DNA of 64,000 nt from Candidatus Sumerlaeia bacterium (GTDB lineage: Bacteria > Sumerlaeota > Sumerlaeia > SLMS01 > JANRJK01): contig JANRJK010000002.1 in assembly GCA_033764015.1 (NCBI GenBank), positions 128,001 through 192,000 on the forward strand, read 5' to 3'. The translations under genes and the position numbers were made by a program. Under the pieces are notes generated by a model. That model saw nothing but the letters and a program-made list of their open reading frames with translations, had not been told where the DNA came from and ran no database searches. Of this stretch, positions 19,300-29,306 are shown in pieces; the stretch's first letter is position 1; every line of letters begins with the position of its first letter.

Positions 19300-21581
19300 C
19301 TGCCGAAGGCGCCGGAGGAGTCCCGCCTCCGCAAGTCCTTCCACTCGCCGGAGCGGTCGTCGCGGTAGTCCTCGATGGCGTCGTTGAACTCGCGGTCCGC
19401 TTCGGTGAACCTCTCCAGCAGCCACCTGGCCGCATAGTCCCGGCGGGCGCGCAGCAGCCACAGAAGCCGTTCCGGCTCGAACGCGTCCCCGCCACGCAGG
19501 CGGAACGCCTCCTCCTCCAGCAACCGCCACCCTTCCTCGCTTCCTCCGCCCTCGGCCATGCACGCCGCCAGTCCAACCACCGCCTCGGTCTCGGCTCCGC
19601 TGGAGCTCGCCGCCTCGAAGCGTCCGCGCGCGTCCCGAAGCCGCCCCGCTTGGAAGAAGAGCGCGCCACGGCGCAGTTCCAGCTCCGGGTTCATGGGGAT
19701 GGCGCTGCGGAACTCGGCCTCGACGCGGGCACGCCGCGCGACCTCCCACGCGACCTCCTCGACGGAACGGCGGAAAGGCACCAGATCCGACTCCGCGAGC
19801 GGGGGGCGCTCCCGGAGCAGCGCATCCACCGGCGGGGCGAAGCGCGCCCACTCGGGTGCCCCATCCGCTTCCGACGACAGCACCGTGTAGGCGCGGGTGT
19901 ACTCGAATCCCCGAACCGCAGTCATCGGGAAGATGCCGAAGACGAACGAGAAGACGCCCGAGGCCGCCATCAGCTTGACGTAGTAGGAGCGGCGGCGCGC
20001 GTGCATCGCGCGCAGCCGTTTCCCCACCTCGCGGCACGAAGCCGGGCGGCGGTCCGGCGACTGCTCCACCATCGCGCGGATATCGGTGCGGAACACGTGG
20101 TGCGCCGCGGTGCTCTTCCAGCCCCAATACCACTCGTGGAGGTCCACCAGCGACAGCGCGATCCACTTCAGCCACGAGCCGCCCTTCGGCACCGGCACGT
20201 CGCGCTCCCAGCCAAGCCCCGCCGCCCGCCGGAGGTCGCCCACGAACATCTGGTACAGCAGCACGCCCAAGGCGTAAATGTCGGACTGGATCGTGGCCGG
20301 CTTCCCCTCGAGCACCTCCGGCGCGGTGTACATCGCGGAGCCGGAGACCGTCCGGTTCTCCGTCAGCTCTTGGATGACGGTCTTCGAGAGCTCCGCCGTC
20401 GTGCCCGCGGCGCCGTCCGCCAGCGCGCCGATGCCGAAGTCCGTCAGTCGGATCCGCGGATTCCCGTCCGCGTCCTCCCAGACGAGGATGTTCGCCGGCT
20501 TGATGTCCTTGTGCAGCACCCCCAGCCGGTGCGCCGCGTCGAGCGCGTCCGCCACCTGCGCGACCAGCTCGACGCGCTGCTTCAGCGGCACACGGGAGAG
20601 GCCGCCCTTCGCGTCGGCCCACTCCGCGAGGTTCCCGCCCTCCGTGTACTCCAACTCGACGAAGTAGGGTGCCTCGTCGAGCTGCCACGACACGATGCGG
20701 GCGAGGTCGTTGCGCTTCGCCGCGACGTCCCGTAGGACGGCGAAGAGCGCCACCTCGCGCCGCAACCCCATCAGGCGCGCGGGATCGAGGCAGAACTTGA
20801 ACACGCGCTGCTCGCGGTACTTGGCGCTGGCGCCGAGCCACACCTCGCCGAACCCGCCTTCGCCGAGCTTGCGCTCGAGCGTCCAGTCGCCACGCCCGGG
20901 GACCGCGGCGCCCGCGGCGGGGCGCCAGCCCGCGACCTCGCCGGGCGCCGAGGCGCGCCGCGCCTTCTCGGTGTCCGGCGGGGGAGCGAGCGGCGCCTCC
21001 CCCTCGATTCCAACCTCGAACACCTCCACCGCGCCGTCGTCGATGCCCTTCACGTGGTAGGCGCCGTGCGCGAGCCACAGCACGCCGGGCGGCAGCCGGT
21101 CGTTCCCGGCGGCGGCGCGGCGCGCCAGATCGAAAGCCGCCCGCGTCAGCAGCGTCTGCCCGCCGAGCGCGAGCGACATGATCCGCGCCGCCTGGGGCTT
21201 GGCGAGCCCCTCGACCTCGAGCGGCTTCGCGCCCCGCGCCACGTCCCCGGGCGCGTTCTCGCGGAGCACCACCTCGCCGAGGTGCGCCGCGGCGCGGGCG
21301 CGCAGCTCGACCCCCTCGGCCCGCGACAGCGCGCGGAGCGCCGCGTGGATCTCCAGCGCGCAGGCCGCCGCGTCGATCGGCCGCTCGAACAGCAGCAGGA
21401 ACCCGTCCGTCCGGTCGATCTCGCGCCCGGCGTGGCGCGCCACCGCGTCGCGGGAGAGCCGGTCCACGCGGGCGAAGAGCTCGGCTCCGCGCGCGTCGCC
21501 GAGGGCGGCGACCAGGCGCGTGGAATCCACTAGGTCGACCATGAGGATCGTTCGGATCGCGGTGGCTGCTTCGAGCGTCAT
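19296..21581 (-). CDS. Class III nucleotide cyclase-like domain fused to Ser/Thr kinase, TM helix and TPR-like C-terminus
   Basis: [69 protein letters not shown]. Confidence 0.88.
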   Translation of the reverse strand: MTLEAATAIRTILMVDLVDSTRLVAALGDARGAELFARVDRLSRDAVARHAGREIDRTDGFLLLFERPIDAAACALEIHAALRALSRAEGVELRARAAAHLGEVVLRENAPGDVARGAKPLEVEGLAKPQAARIMSLALGGQTLLTRAAFDLARRAAAGNDRLPPGVLWLAHGAYHVKGIDDGAVEVFEVGIEGEAPLAPPPDTEKARRASAPGEVAGWRPAAGAAVPGRGDWTLERKLGEGGFGEVWLGASAKYREQRVFKFCLDPARLMGLRREVALFAVLRDVAAKRNDLARIVSWQLDEAPYFVELEYTEGGNLAEWADAKGGLSRVPLKQRVELVAQVADALDAAHRLGVLHKDIKPANILVWEDADGNPRIRLTDFGIGALADGAAGTTAELSKTVIQELTENRTVSGSAMYTAPEVLEGKPATIQSDIYALGVLLYQMFVGDLRRAAGLGWERDVPVPKGGSWLKWIALSLVDLHEWYWGWKSTAAHHVFRTDIRAMVEQSPDRRPASCREVGKRLRAMHARRRSYYVKLMAASGVFSFVFGIFPMTAVRGFEYTRAYTVLSSEADGAPEWARFAPPVDALLRERPPLAESDLVPFRRSVEEVAWEVARRARVEAEFRSAIPMNPELELRRGALFFQAGRLRDARGRFEAASSSGAETEAVVGLAACMAEGGGSEEGWRLLEEEAFRLRGGDAFEPERLLWLLRARRDYAARWLLERFTEADREFNDAIEDYRDDRSGEWKDLRRRDSSGAFGS

Positions 21582-21700
21582 GGCTGCGAGCTTGCAGGCG
21601 CGATTTCCGGCGCGCAACCTCTGAGCGCGGGGGTCTTGGTCGTATTAAAAGAATGCGAATCGGCTTTACTAAAGGGCTTGATGGAATCGGGGCCGGCAAA

Positions 21701-21715
21701 TGGAACCGATTAAGC
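21701..21715 (+). promoter_or_regulatory. Possible sigma54 promoter for glnA
   Basis: TGGAACCGATTAAGC has GG-N10-GC spacing but a weak -12 box. Confidence 0.3.
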
Positions 21716-21844
21716 GCGCGGGTGCGACCGGGCGGCTCCGTTTTGGGCTGCCCCCCGCTCCGCGACCGCCCGAACTTTCCCCATCGCCGCCGCGCCCACA
21801 CCGCGCCGCGGCCAAAATCCACCCGCGAAAGGCCCGCACCACCT

Positions 21845-23272
<1,428 letters not shown>

Positions 23273-23299
23273 GCGGTTTCCGCATCCCGACGCAAGATC

Positions 23300-23334
23300 C
23301 CGCCCTCCCGGTTCGCCGGGGGGGCGGTTCCTTT
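23300..23334 (+). terminator. Terminator hairpin after glnA, between convergent genes
   Basis: CCGCCCTCCCGG-TTCG-CCGGGGGGGCGG then TTCCTTT. Confidence 0.7.
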
Positions 23335-23340
23335 GGTGGA

Positions 23341-23868
23341 TCAGTCGTCGTCGAACGGCGACGGGAAGCGGTGCGGCTGGAGCATCCCCAGCACCAGGTC
23401 CACTCGCTTCGCGCGCGTGGGCGCCGTCTTCGCCGCGGCGATGTGGTACGCAAGGCCGCGCCGTTTGCCGGGCGTCATCTTCTCCCACTCGCGGCGCGCC
23501 GACGGGTTCTTCGCCAGGGCGCGCTCCAGTTCCGCCGGCATTTCGACCGCGTCCTGGTCCGCGATGCGGAAGGCCACCTCGACGGTCGCGCCAAGGACGA
23601 GGCGCCGCTCCGCGAGCACGCGCCGCGACAGCATGAGGAAGTGGCGCCCGCCGCTCGGCTGCAGCGCGCCGTTGAGCGGCTTGCCCGCGACGAGCGCCTC
23701 GATGCGCAGCCGCGGGTGCCGGTCGAAGGGCAGCGCGCGCTCCAGCTCCTCCGGCAGGTACACGCAGGTGAACGCCATGCTGCCCATGCGGAGCCGCGCC
23801 ACGGCTCCGGTGAAGCGGTGCGGGAATCCGTCCGCGCCGGGTTCCGCCGCCGCCTTCCGCGGGCTCAT
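23341..23868 (-). CDS. DUF1905 / YdeI-OmpD-associated family protein
   Basis: VEMPAELERAL..WEKMTPGKRRGLAYHIAAAKTAPTRAKR; ATGA overlap with the upstream ATPase stop. Confidence 0.8.
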   Translation of the reverse strand: MSPRKAAAEPGADGFPHRFTGAVARLRMGSMAFTCVYLPEELERALPFDRHPRLRIEALVAGKPLNGALQPSGGRHFLMLSRRVLAERRLVLGATVEVAFRIADQDAVEMPAELERALAKNPSARREWEKMTPGKRRGLAYHIAAAKTAPTRAKRVDLVLGMLQPHRFPSPFDDD

Positions 23869-24932
23869 GCCACGCCGCGCATCCGCAGCCGCAGGTTGTT
23901 CGCGCTGTCCGCGTTCCGCAGCGCCTCCTCCGGCGAGATGGCCCCCGCCTTCCAGAGGTCGAGCAAGTGCTGGTCGAAGGTCTGCAGCCCTTCGTGGCGC
24001 GACTCGGCGATGGCGTCCTTCATCGCGCCGATGTCGCCCTTCTGGATCAGCTCCGCGATGAACGGCGTGTTGATCAGGATTTCGAGCGCGGGCACCCGTC
24101 CACCGCGCGCCGCGGGAACCAGGCGCTGGCTGACGATCGCGCGCAGGTTCATCGAGAGCTGCAGCAGCAACTGCTCGTGGAAGTCCGCCGGGAAGAAGTG
24201 CTTGATGCGGTCGATGGTCTGGTTCGCGTTCGTGCTGTGCAGCGTCGCCAGCACCAAGTGGCCCGTCTCCGCCGCGTGGAGCGCGAAGTGCATCGTGTCC
24301 TCGCCTCGGATTTCGCCGATGTAGATCACCCGCGGCGCTTGGCGCAGCGTGTTCTTCAGCGCGACCTCGAAGGATTTCGTGTCGATGCCCACCTCGCGCT
24401 GGGTGATCACGGACTGCTTGTTGTCGAAGACGAACTCGACCGGGTCCTCGATCGTGATGATGTGACCGCCCATGGTCTCGTTGCGGTAGTCGATCATGGA
24501 GGCGAGCGTGGTGGACTTGCCCGAGCCCGTGGCGCCGGTGACCAGCATCAGCCCCCGGTCCGCCGTGATGAGGCGCCCGAGGATCGGCGGCAGGTTGAGC
24601 TGGCTGAACTTCGGAATGGTCGTCTTGATGCGGCGGATCACGATGGCGACGCAGCCGCGCTGCGTGAAGCAGTTCACGCGGAAGCGCCCGTCCTTGCCGT
24701 GCACGAAGGAGAGGTTGATTTCGAGTTCGCGGGCGAACTCCTCGCGCTGCTCCTCGCTCAGCAGCTCCGCAGCGTACGACAGCGTGTCGTCCGGCGTGAG
24801 CTGCTCGGGCCACGCGTCGGTGAAGCCGCCGTGCAGCGAGAACTTCGGGTTCGCGTAGGCGGACAGGTAGAGGTCCGACGCGTCGGACCGGATCATCAGG
24901 TCGAGCAGGACTTGCAGGCGCTGGGCGGGCAC
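23865..24932 (-). CDS. pilU: PilT/PilU-family twitching motility ATPase
   Basis: GATGSGKSTT, TIEDPVE, QREVG, AAETGHLVLATLH, TFDQHL. Confidence 0.88.
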   Translation of the reverse strand: MPAQRLQVLLDLMIRSDASDLYLSAYANPKFSLHGGFTDAWPEQLTPDDTLSYAAELLSEEQREEFARELEINLSFVHGKDGRFRVNCFTQRGCVAIVIRRIKTTIPKFSQLNLPPILGRLITADRGLMLVTGATGSGKSTTLASMIDYRNETMGGHIITIEDPVEFVFDNKQSVITQREVGIDTKSFEVALKNTLRQAPRVIYIGEIRGEDTMHFALHAAETGHLVLATLHSTNANQTIDRIKHFFPADFHEQLLLQLSMNLRAIVSQRLVPAARGGRVPALEILINTPFIAELIQKGDIGAMKDAIAESRHEGLQTFDQHLLDLWKAGAISPEEALRNADSANNLRLRMRGVA

Positions 24933-24955
24933 GGGGTCGTTTCTCCTCTAGCGGG

Positions 24956-26443
24956 TCAGGGCTTGCGGCCGGGAACGGGGGGCGGTGGCGGGAAACCGCC
25001 GGGGCGCGGCGGGGGCGGGGGAGCGCCGCCGCCCGGCGTCAGCGGGCGCGCGGTCGGGGGAGCCCCAGCCAATCCCGGAGGCGGGGCGACCGGCTGCGGC
25101 GGGCCCATCGGGGGCCGGTTCGGCGGCGGAGGCGGGCCACAAGCTTCGATTCCGGGGATCGTGGGGCGGCGAGGCGGCGCCATGGGGGGCTGCGGCACGC
25201 CGGGCTGCGGCACCGGCGGGGGCGCCATCGCCATCGGCGCGGGCGGCGGGGGTCCGCCCGGCCTGCCCGCGGGTGGCGGGGCGCCCGCGCGGGCCTCCGC
25301 GTCGCGCGCCACCTGCCGCGAAGCCGCCTGGATCAACTGGTCCAGCCGGTCCATGCCGTTCGCCACGATCATGTCCGGGTTGATCGACTTCATCAACGCG
25401 TCCTTCTCCGAAATCAAGCCGCGGTCGAACAGCTCCTTCAGGTGCATGTCGAGCGTCTGCATGCCGACCTTCTGACCCGTCTGCATGATCGTCGCGAGCT
25501 GGTGCACCTTCGCCTCGCGGATCAGCGAGCGCGTGGCCGACGTGCCCACCAGGATCTCGAGGGCGCACACGCGCCCCTTGCCGTCCTTGCGGGGCACCAG
25601 CGTCTGGCAGATGATCGCCTGGAACGACTCCGAGAACATCATGCGGACGAGCTGCTGCTGCTCCGGCGGGAACACGTCGATGATGCGGTCGCAGGTCTTC
25701 GCGGCGGACTGCGTGTGGAGCGTGCCGAACACCAGGTGGCCGGTCTCCGCCGCGGTGAGCGCGAGCGAGATCGTCTCGAGGTCGCGCATTTCGCCGACCA
25801 GAATCACGTCCGGGTCCTCGCGGAGCGCGCTGCGGAGCGCGGCGGCGAAGCTCTTCGTGTTCGGCCCCACCTCGCGCTGGTTCACGATGCAGCGCTTGTT
25901 CTTGTGCACGAACTCGACCGGGTCTTCGATCGTGAGGATGTGCTCGTCGCGGGTCGCGTTGATGTAGTCGATCATTCCGGCGAGTGTGGTGGATTTGCCC
26001 GAGCCGGTCGGGCCCGTCACCAGGACCACGCCGCGGCGCTTCTCCGCGACGCGCTTCAACGTATCGGGCATCTTGAGGTCTTCGAGCGAGCGGATCTTGG
26101 TGGGGATCACGCGGAACACGGCGGCCTCGCCGCGCAGAGTGTAGAAGCAGTTCACGCGGAAGCGGGCCGCGCTGCCGAACTCGACCGCGAAGTCGAGTTC
26201 CTTGTCGCGCTCGTAGCGCTTCCGCTGGTCGTCCGAAAGAATGTCGTAGATCATGCCGTGCATTGTCTCGCGCGTCAGCGGCGGCAGGCTGGTGGGCCTT
26301 ACACTGCCGTGCAGGCGGTAGAGCGGCGGATCGCCGACCGTGAGGTGCGTGTCGGACGCGCCGATTTCGACGGAATGCAGCAGCAGGGAGGTGATGTCGT
26401 TCCCGGGAACGTCGATGGGACGGCCTTCGGCCACTTCGGCCAT
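24956..26443 (-). CDS. pilT: Type IV pilus retraction ATPase PilT with a long proline-rich C-terminal tail
   Basis: GPTGSGKSTT, ALREDPDVILVGEMRD, AAETGHLVFGTLHT, GMQTLD. Confidence 0.93.
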   Translation of the reverse strand: MAEVAEGRPIDVPGNDITSLLLHSVEIGASDTHLTVGDPPLYRLHGSVRPTSLPPLTRETMHGMIYDILSDDQRKRYERDKELDFAVEFGSAARFRVNCFYTLRGEAAVFRVIPTKIRSLEDLKMPDTLKRVAEKRRGVVLVTGPTGSGKSTTLAGMIDYINATRDEHILTIEDPVEFVHKNKRCIVNQREVGPNTKSFAAALRSALREDPDVILVGEMRDLETISLALTAAETGHLVFGTLHTQSAAKTCDRIIDVFPPEQQQLVRMMFSESFQAIICQTLVPRKDGKGRVCALEILVGTSATRSLIREAKVHQLATIMQTGQKVGMQTLDMHLKELFDRGLISEKDALMKSINPDMIVANGMDRLDQLIQAASRQVARDAEARAGAPPPAGRPGGPPPPAPMAMAPPPVPQPGVPQPPMAPPRRPTIPGIEACGPPPPPNRPPMGPPQPVAPPPGLAGAPPTARPLTPGGGAPPPPPRPGGFPPPPPVPGRKP

Positions 26444-26519
26444 GGTCGAACCTCAGGGGGGATTGGATCGCGTGTCAGTCTGCGGGGCCGGGCGGCGCGC
26501 TGCGAGCGGAAACTAGCGC

Positions 26520-27605
26520 TCAGGCGCCCAGGCGTTCGCGAAGCACCTCGCCGAGCGGACGGCGGAAGTTGCAGCTCTTGATGCGGCACTGGGCGCCGCA
26601 GCCGTGGATCTCCTTGCGGCGGCGCGCGGCCTCCGCCCCGGCCCAGATCGCGTCCGGGGGCGACTGGCGCACGTTGCCAACCGGCTCCATCACGTCGCAG
26701 AGCCGGACGTCGCCGTTCGGATCGATGTCGAAGTGCGACACTCCCACGCGGCACGGGATCGCGATCGGCTGCTCCGGATCGAGCAGGTACTGCCGCATCC
26801 AGCGGAGCTGATCGAGCGGGTTGCGGATCGGCCAGCCGTCCCGCTTCAGCTTCTCCAGCTCGTCCATGCCGCGGTTGATCTTATCCGCGTCGTTGTCCCA
26901 GAAGGGGCTCTGTTCGTACCAGCGCGGCTCATAGGCGGCGTTTCCGCTTTCGAAGTAGAGGATCTGGAACGTCACGCCATCCAATCCGCGCTCGCGCACC
27001 CAGCGGACCATGTCGCCCGCATGGTCGATGTTGAAGCCCATCAGGATCGTCGACAGCGTGAGTTGGAACGGGCGCCCGGGGTAGTTGAGCTGCTCGACAC
27101 AGCGGTGGATGCGCTCCGCGGAGAAATCGACGCCGCGCGTCTCGTCGTGCTTCGCCCGGTCGAGGTGGTTCAGCGACACGCTGATCGTGTGCACCGGGTT
27201 TGTGGCCGTGGACGCCAACTCGCGGAGTTCCTTGACGCGCGGCTCCGGGAGGAGCGAGCCGTTGGTGACCGTGAGCACCTGGATTCCCCGCTCCGCGGCG
27301 GCGCGGTAGAGCTGAAGGATGTCGGGGCGCAGGAAGGGCTCGCCGCCGGCGAAGACCATCGCGTGGGGCCCGAGCCAAGCGCGCAGCTTGTCCATCAGGG
27401 CGACGATCTCGGCGGTGGTCAGCTCCTCGTCGCGCGCGCTCGACGGCGTCTTCCAGTACGAACAGGTCGGGCAGCGGAGGTTGCAGCGGTTCGTCAGCGA
27501 CAGCGAGACGACCGACGGCTTCACGAAGGAGGCGTCGAACTCGTAGGCGAGCGGCTCGGCGATGCGCCGGCCAAGCTTGCGGATGTCGATGGCGAGCGGT
27601 GCCAT
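26520..27605 (-). CDS. Radical SAM protein with SPASM/twitch domain
   Basis: CNLRCPTC, GGEPF, C-terminal CRVG..IDPNGDVRLC..CGAQC...C. Confidence 0.9.
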   Translation of the reverse strand: MAPLAIDIRKLGRRIAEPLAYEFDASFVKPSVVSLSLTNRCNLRCPTCSYWKTPSSARDEELTTAEIVALMDKLRAWLGPHAMVFAGGEPFLRPDILQLYRAAAERGIQVLTVTNGSLLPEPRVKELRELASTATNPVHTISVSLNHLDRAKHDETRGVDFSAERIHRCVEQLNYPGRPFQLTLSTILMGFNIDHAGDMVRWVRERGLDGVTFQILYFESGNAAYEPRWYEQSPFWDNDADKINRGMDELEKLKRDGWPIRNPLDQLRWMRQYLLDPEQPIAIPCRVGVSHFDIDPNGDVRLCDVMEPVGNVRQSPPDAIWAGAEAARRRKEIHGCGAQCRIKSCNFRRPLGEVLRERLGA

Positions 27606-27666
27606 GGGCGCTCCCGCGCGGAGAGTGGCGACAGCGTGGGGGGGCGGCGGGTCCCGCTCAAGGGGA

Positions 27667-28224
27667 TTAGGGCGCCGCGGCGGCTGCGCCCTCCGGCGCG
27701 CGCCACGGGTCGTGCCGCGTGGCCCCCCACATCAGGAGCGGCGTCGCCACGGCCCAAGCGACCGCGAGCGCCGCCATGGCCATCCAGAGCGGCTCGCCGA
27801 TCTCCACCGCGCCAAGGCGCCACCCCGCGAAGTACGCCAGCGGCCCACCGACGCCGCCGAACACCGCGAGCAGCGCCAACTTCCCGCGCATGAAACGCAT
27901 GGAGGCGTTCATCGTCGCTCCGAACGCTGGCCAGAGCGCGACCATCCAAAGCGGAGACATCCACTCCGGCGCGACATCGTTCAGGTGGAAGCGGTACATC
28001 CCGGCGGCGGCGAGCGCCGTATCGAGGACGAAACCACCGCCTGCGCACGCGGCCAGGAAGAGGCCCTCCCGCGGACGGTCCGAAACCTTCGACAAGTGGA
28101 CGGCGATGAAGGCGGCCACCACTAGCGGGCCCGCGAACCAGAGGCCCGCCACGGCGCCGAGGATGCACGCGAACCAGCAGGCATAGTAGCCTAGGGCATT
28201 CACAACAAGGTACGTCTTGGACAT
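27667..28224 (-). CDS. DUF2878-family membrane protein
   Basis: WFACILG, PLWMVALWPAFG.TMN.S, GGPLAYFAG.RLGAV. Confidence 0.8.
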   Translation of the reverse strand: MSKTYLVVNALGYYACWFACILGAVAGLWFAGPLVVAAFIAVHLSKVSDRPREGLFLAACAGGGFVLDTALAAAGMYRFHLNDVAPEWMSPLWMVALWPAFGATMNASMRFMRGKLALLAVFGGVGGPLAYFAGWRLGAVEIGEPLWMAMAALAVAWAVATPLLMWGATRHDPWRAPEGAAAAAP

Positions 28225-28311
28225 GGTGGGCCGTTTCCGGGCGTGTGGATTCCGCCTGCGGAGCAACGGGGCAAGCGCAGTGCCGGAGTGTCCGCCACCG
28301 GCGCGCGGGTG

Positions 28312-29112
28312 CTACGGGCGGACCTGCCGCTCGCGGCGCATCGGAGGGCTGTTGGGCGGAGGCTCGCGGCGCCCCGGCGGCGCCGCCCCGGGGTCGTGCC
28401 CGGGCGGCGGCGGCAGCGCGTCGTCGCGCCCCGGCAAGTCTTCGATCCCGGCGTCCTCGCGGAGCTGGCGCATTTCTTCCTCGATGCCGCCGAGGCGTTC
28501 GCGCAGGACCTGCGCCTCGCGCTCGAGCTGCGCGAGCCGCCGCCGCAGCGCCGACACCTCGCCGCCGTCCCGCGGGGCGTACGCGGAGCGCTCGAAGCGC
28601 TCCCGGAAGCCCGCCAGCGTCGCGTCCGGCTCCTCCACGTATTCGAGCGCCTCGCGGAGCGCCTCCTTGCGCATTTCGAGAACCTCGGCGAAAGGCCCGT
28701 CGATCTGCGCCTGCTCCATGCGCTCGAGCATCTGCGGCGCGCGCTCGCGGATCACCGCCAGGGCGCGCTCCTCCCGAAGCGCCAGCAGTTCGCGCTTCAG
28801 CCGCAGGTCGCGCTCGCGGAACTCCCTCTCCGCGGGATCATCGAGCGTGGCGATGGAGGCTTCCGCGTCTTCGATCTCGCTGGCGAGCGTGTCGATCTGG
28901 AGCATCTGCTGGCGGAACTTCGCCATCTCGCGCATGGGGCCGCGCTCGGCGCCGCGCCAGAAGGCGCGCGGGCGCTCCTCGCCGGCGGAGGGGGCCGTCG
29001 CGGGCGCGGATCGCTTCGCCTCCGGGCGAGAGGTCTCGGGGTCGTCCGCCACCGCGGAAGCGGCGAGCAACGCTGCGGTGAGGAGGAGGGCGGTGGGTCT
29101 CATGGTGGCCAT
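28312..29112 (-). CDS. Exported coiled-coil hypothetical protein
   Basis: Signal peptide MRPTALLLTAALLAASAVA; E/R-rich heptads; Pro-rich end. Confidence 0.65.
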   Translation of the reverse strand: MATMRPTALLLTAALLAASAVADDPETSRPEAKRSAPATAPSAGEERPRAFWRGAERGPMREMAKFRQQMLQIDTLASEIEDAEASIATLDDPAEREFRERDLRLKRELLALREERALAVIRERAPQMLERMEQAQIDGPFAEVLEMRKEALREALEYVEEPDATLAGFRERFERSAYAPRDGGEVSALRRRLAQLEREAQVLRERLGGIEEEMRQLREDAGIEDLPGRDDALPPPPGHDPGAAPPGRREPPPNSPPMRRERQVRP

Positions 29113-29234
29113 GCCTCTACCATGGCACAGCAAATTCCCCGCCGCAATGGCCAGAGGCGCCCGGTGCGGAAGTTCCCGCGATCCCGGCGCCTTGGCCGCA
29201 CCAAATGGTACACCGCGGCACCGGCGCGTCCGGG

Positions 29235-29271
29235 AAAAGCGAAACCGCCCCGGTTGCCCGGGGCGGCTCGC
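29235..29271 (-). terminator. Intrinsic terminator after the large surface protein gene
   Basis: Minus strand GCGAGCCGCCCCGG-GCAA-CCGGGGCGGTTTCGC-TTTT. Confidence 0.75.
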
Positions 29272-29306
29272 CTGTCAGGTGGTTTCCGCGCGGGGCGCGG
29301 AGCCGG

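Noticed and set aside
26520..27605. RiPP cluster built from the rSAM-SPASM enzyme and the TIGR04510-like cyclase
   Set aside because: No precursor peptide, RRE, peptidase or exporter adjacent; the genes are separated by glnA and pilT/U
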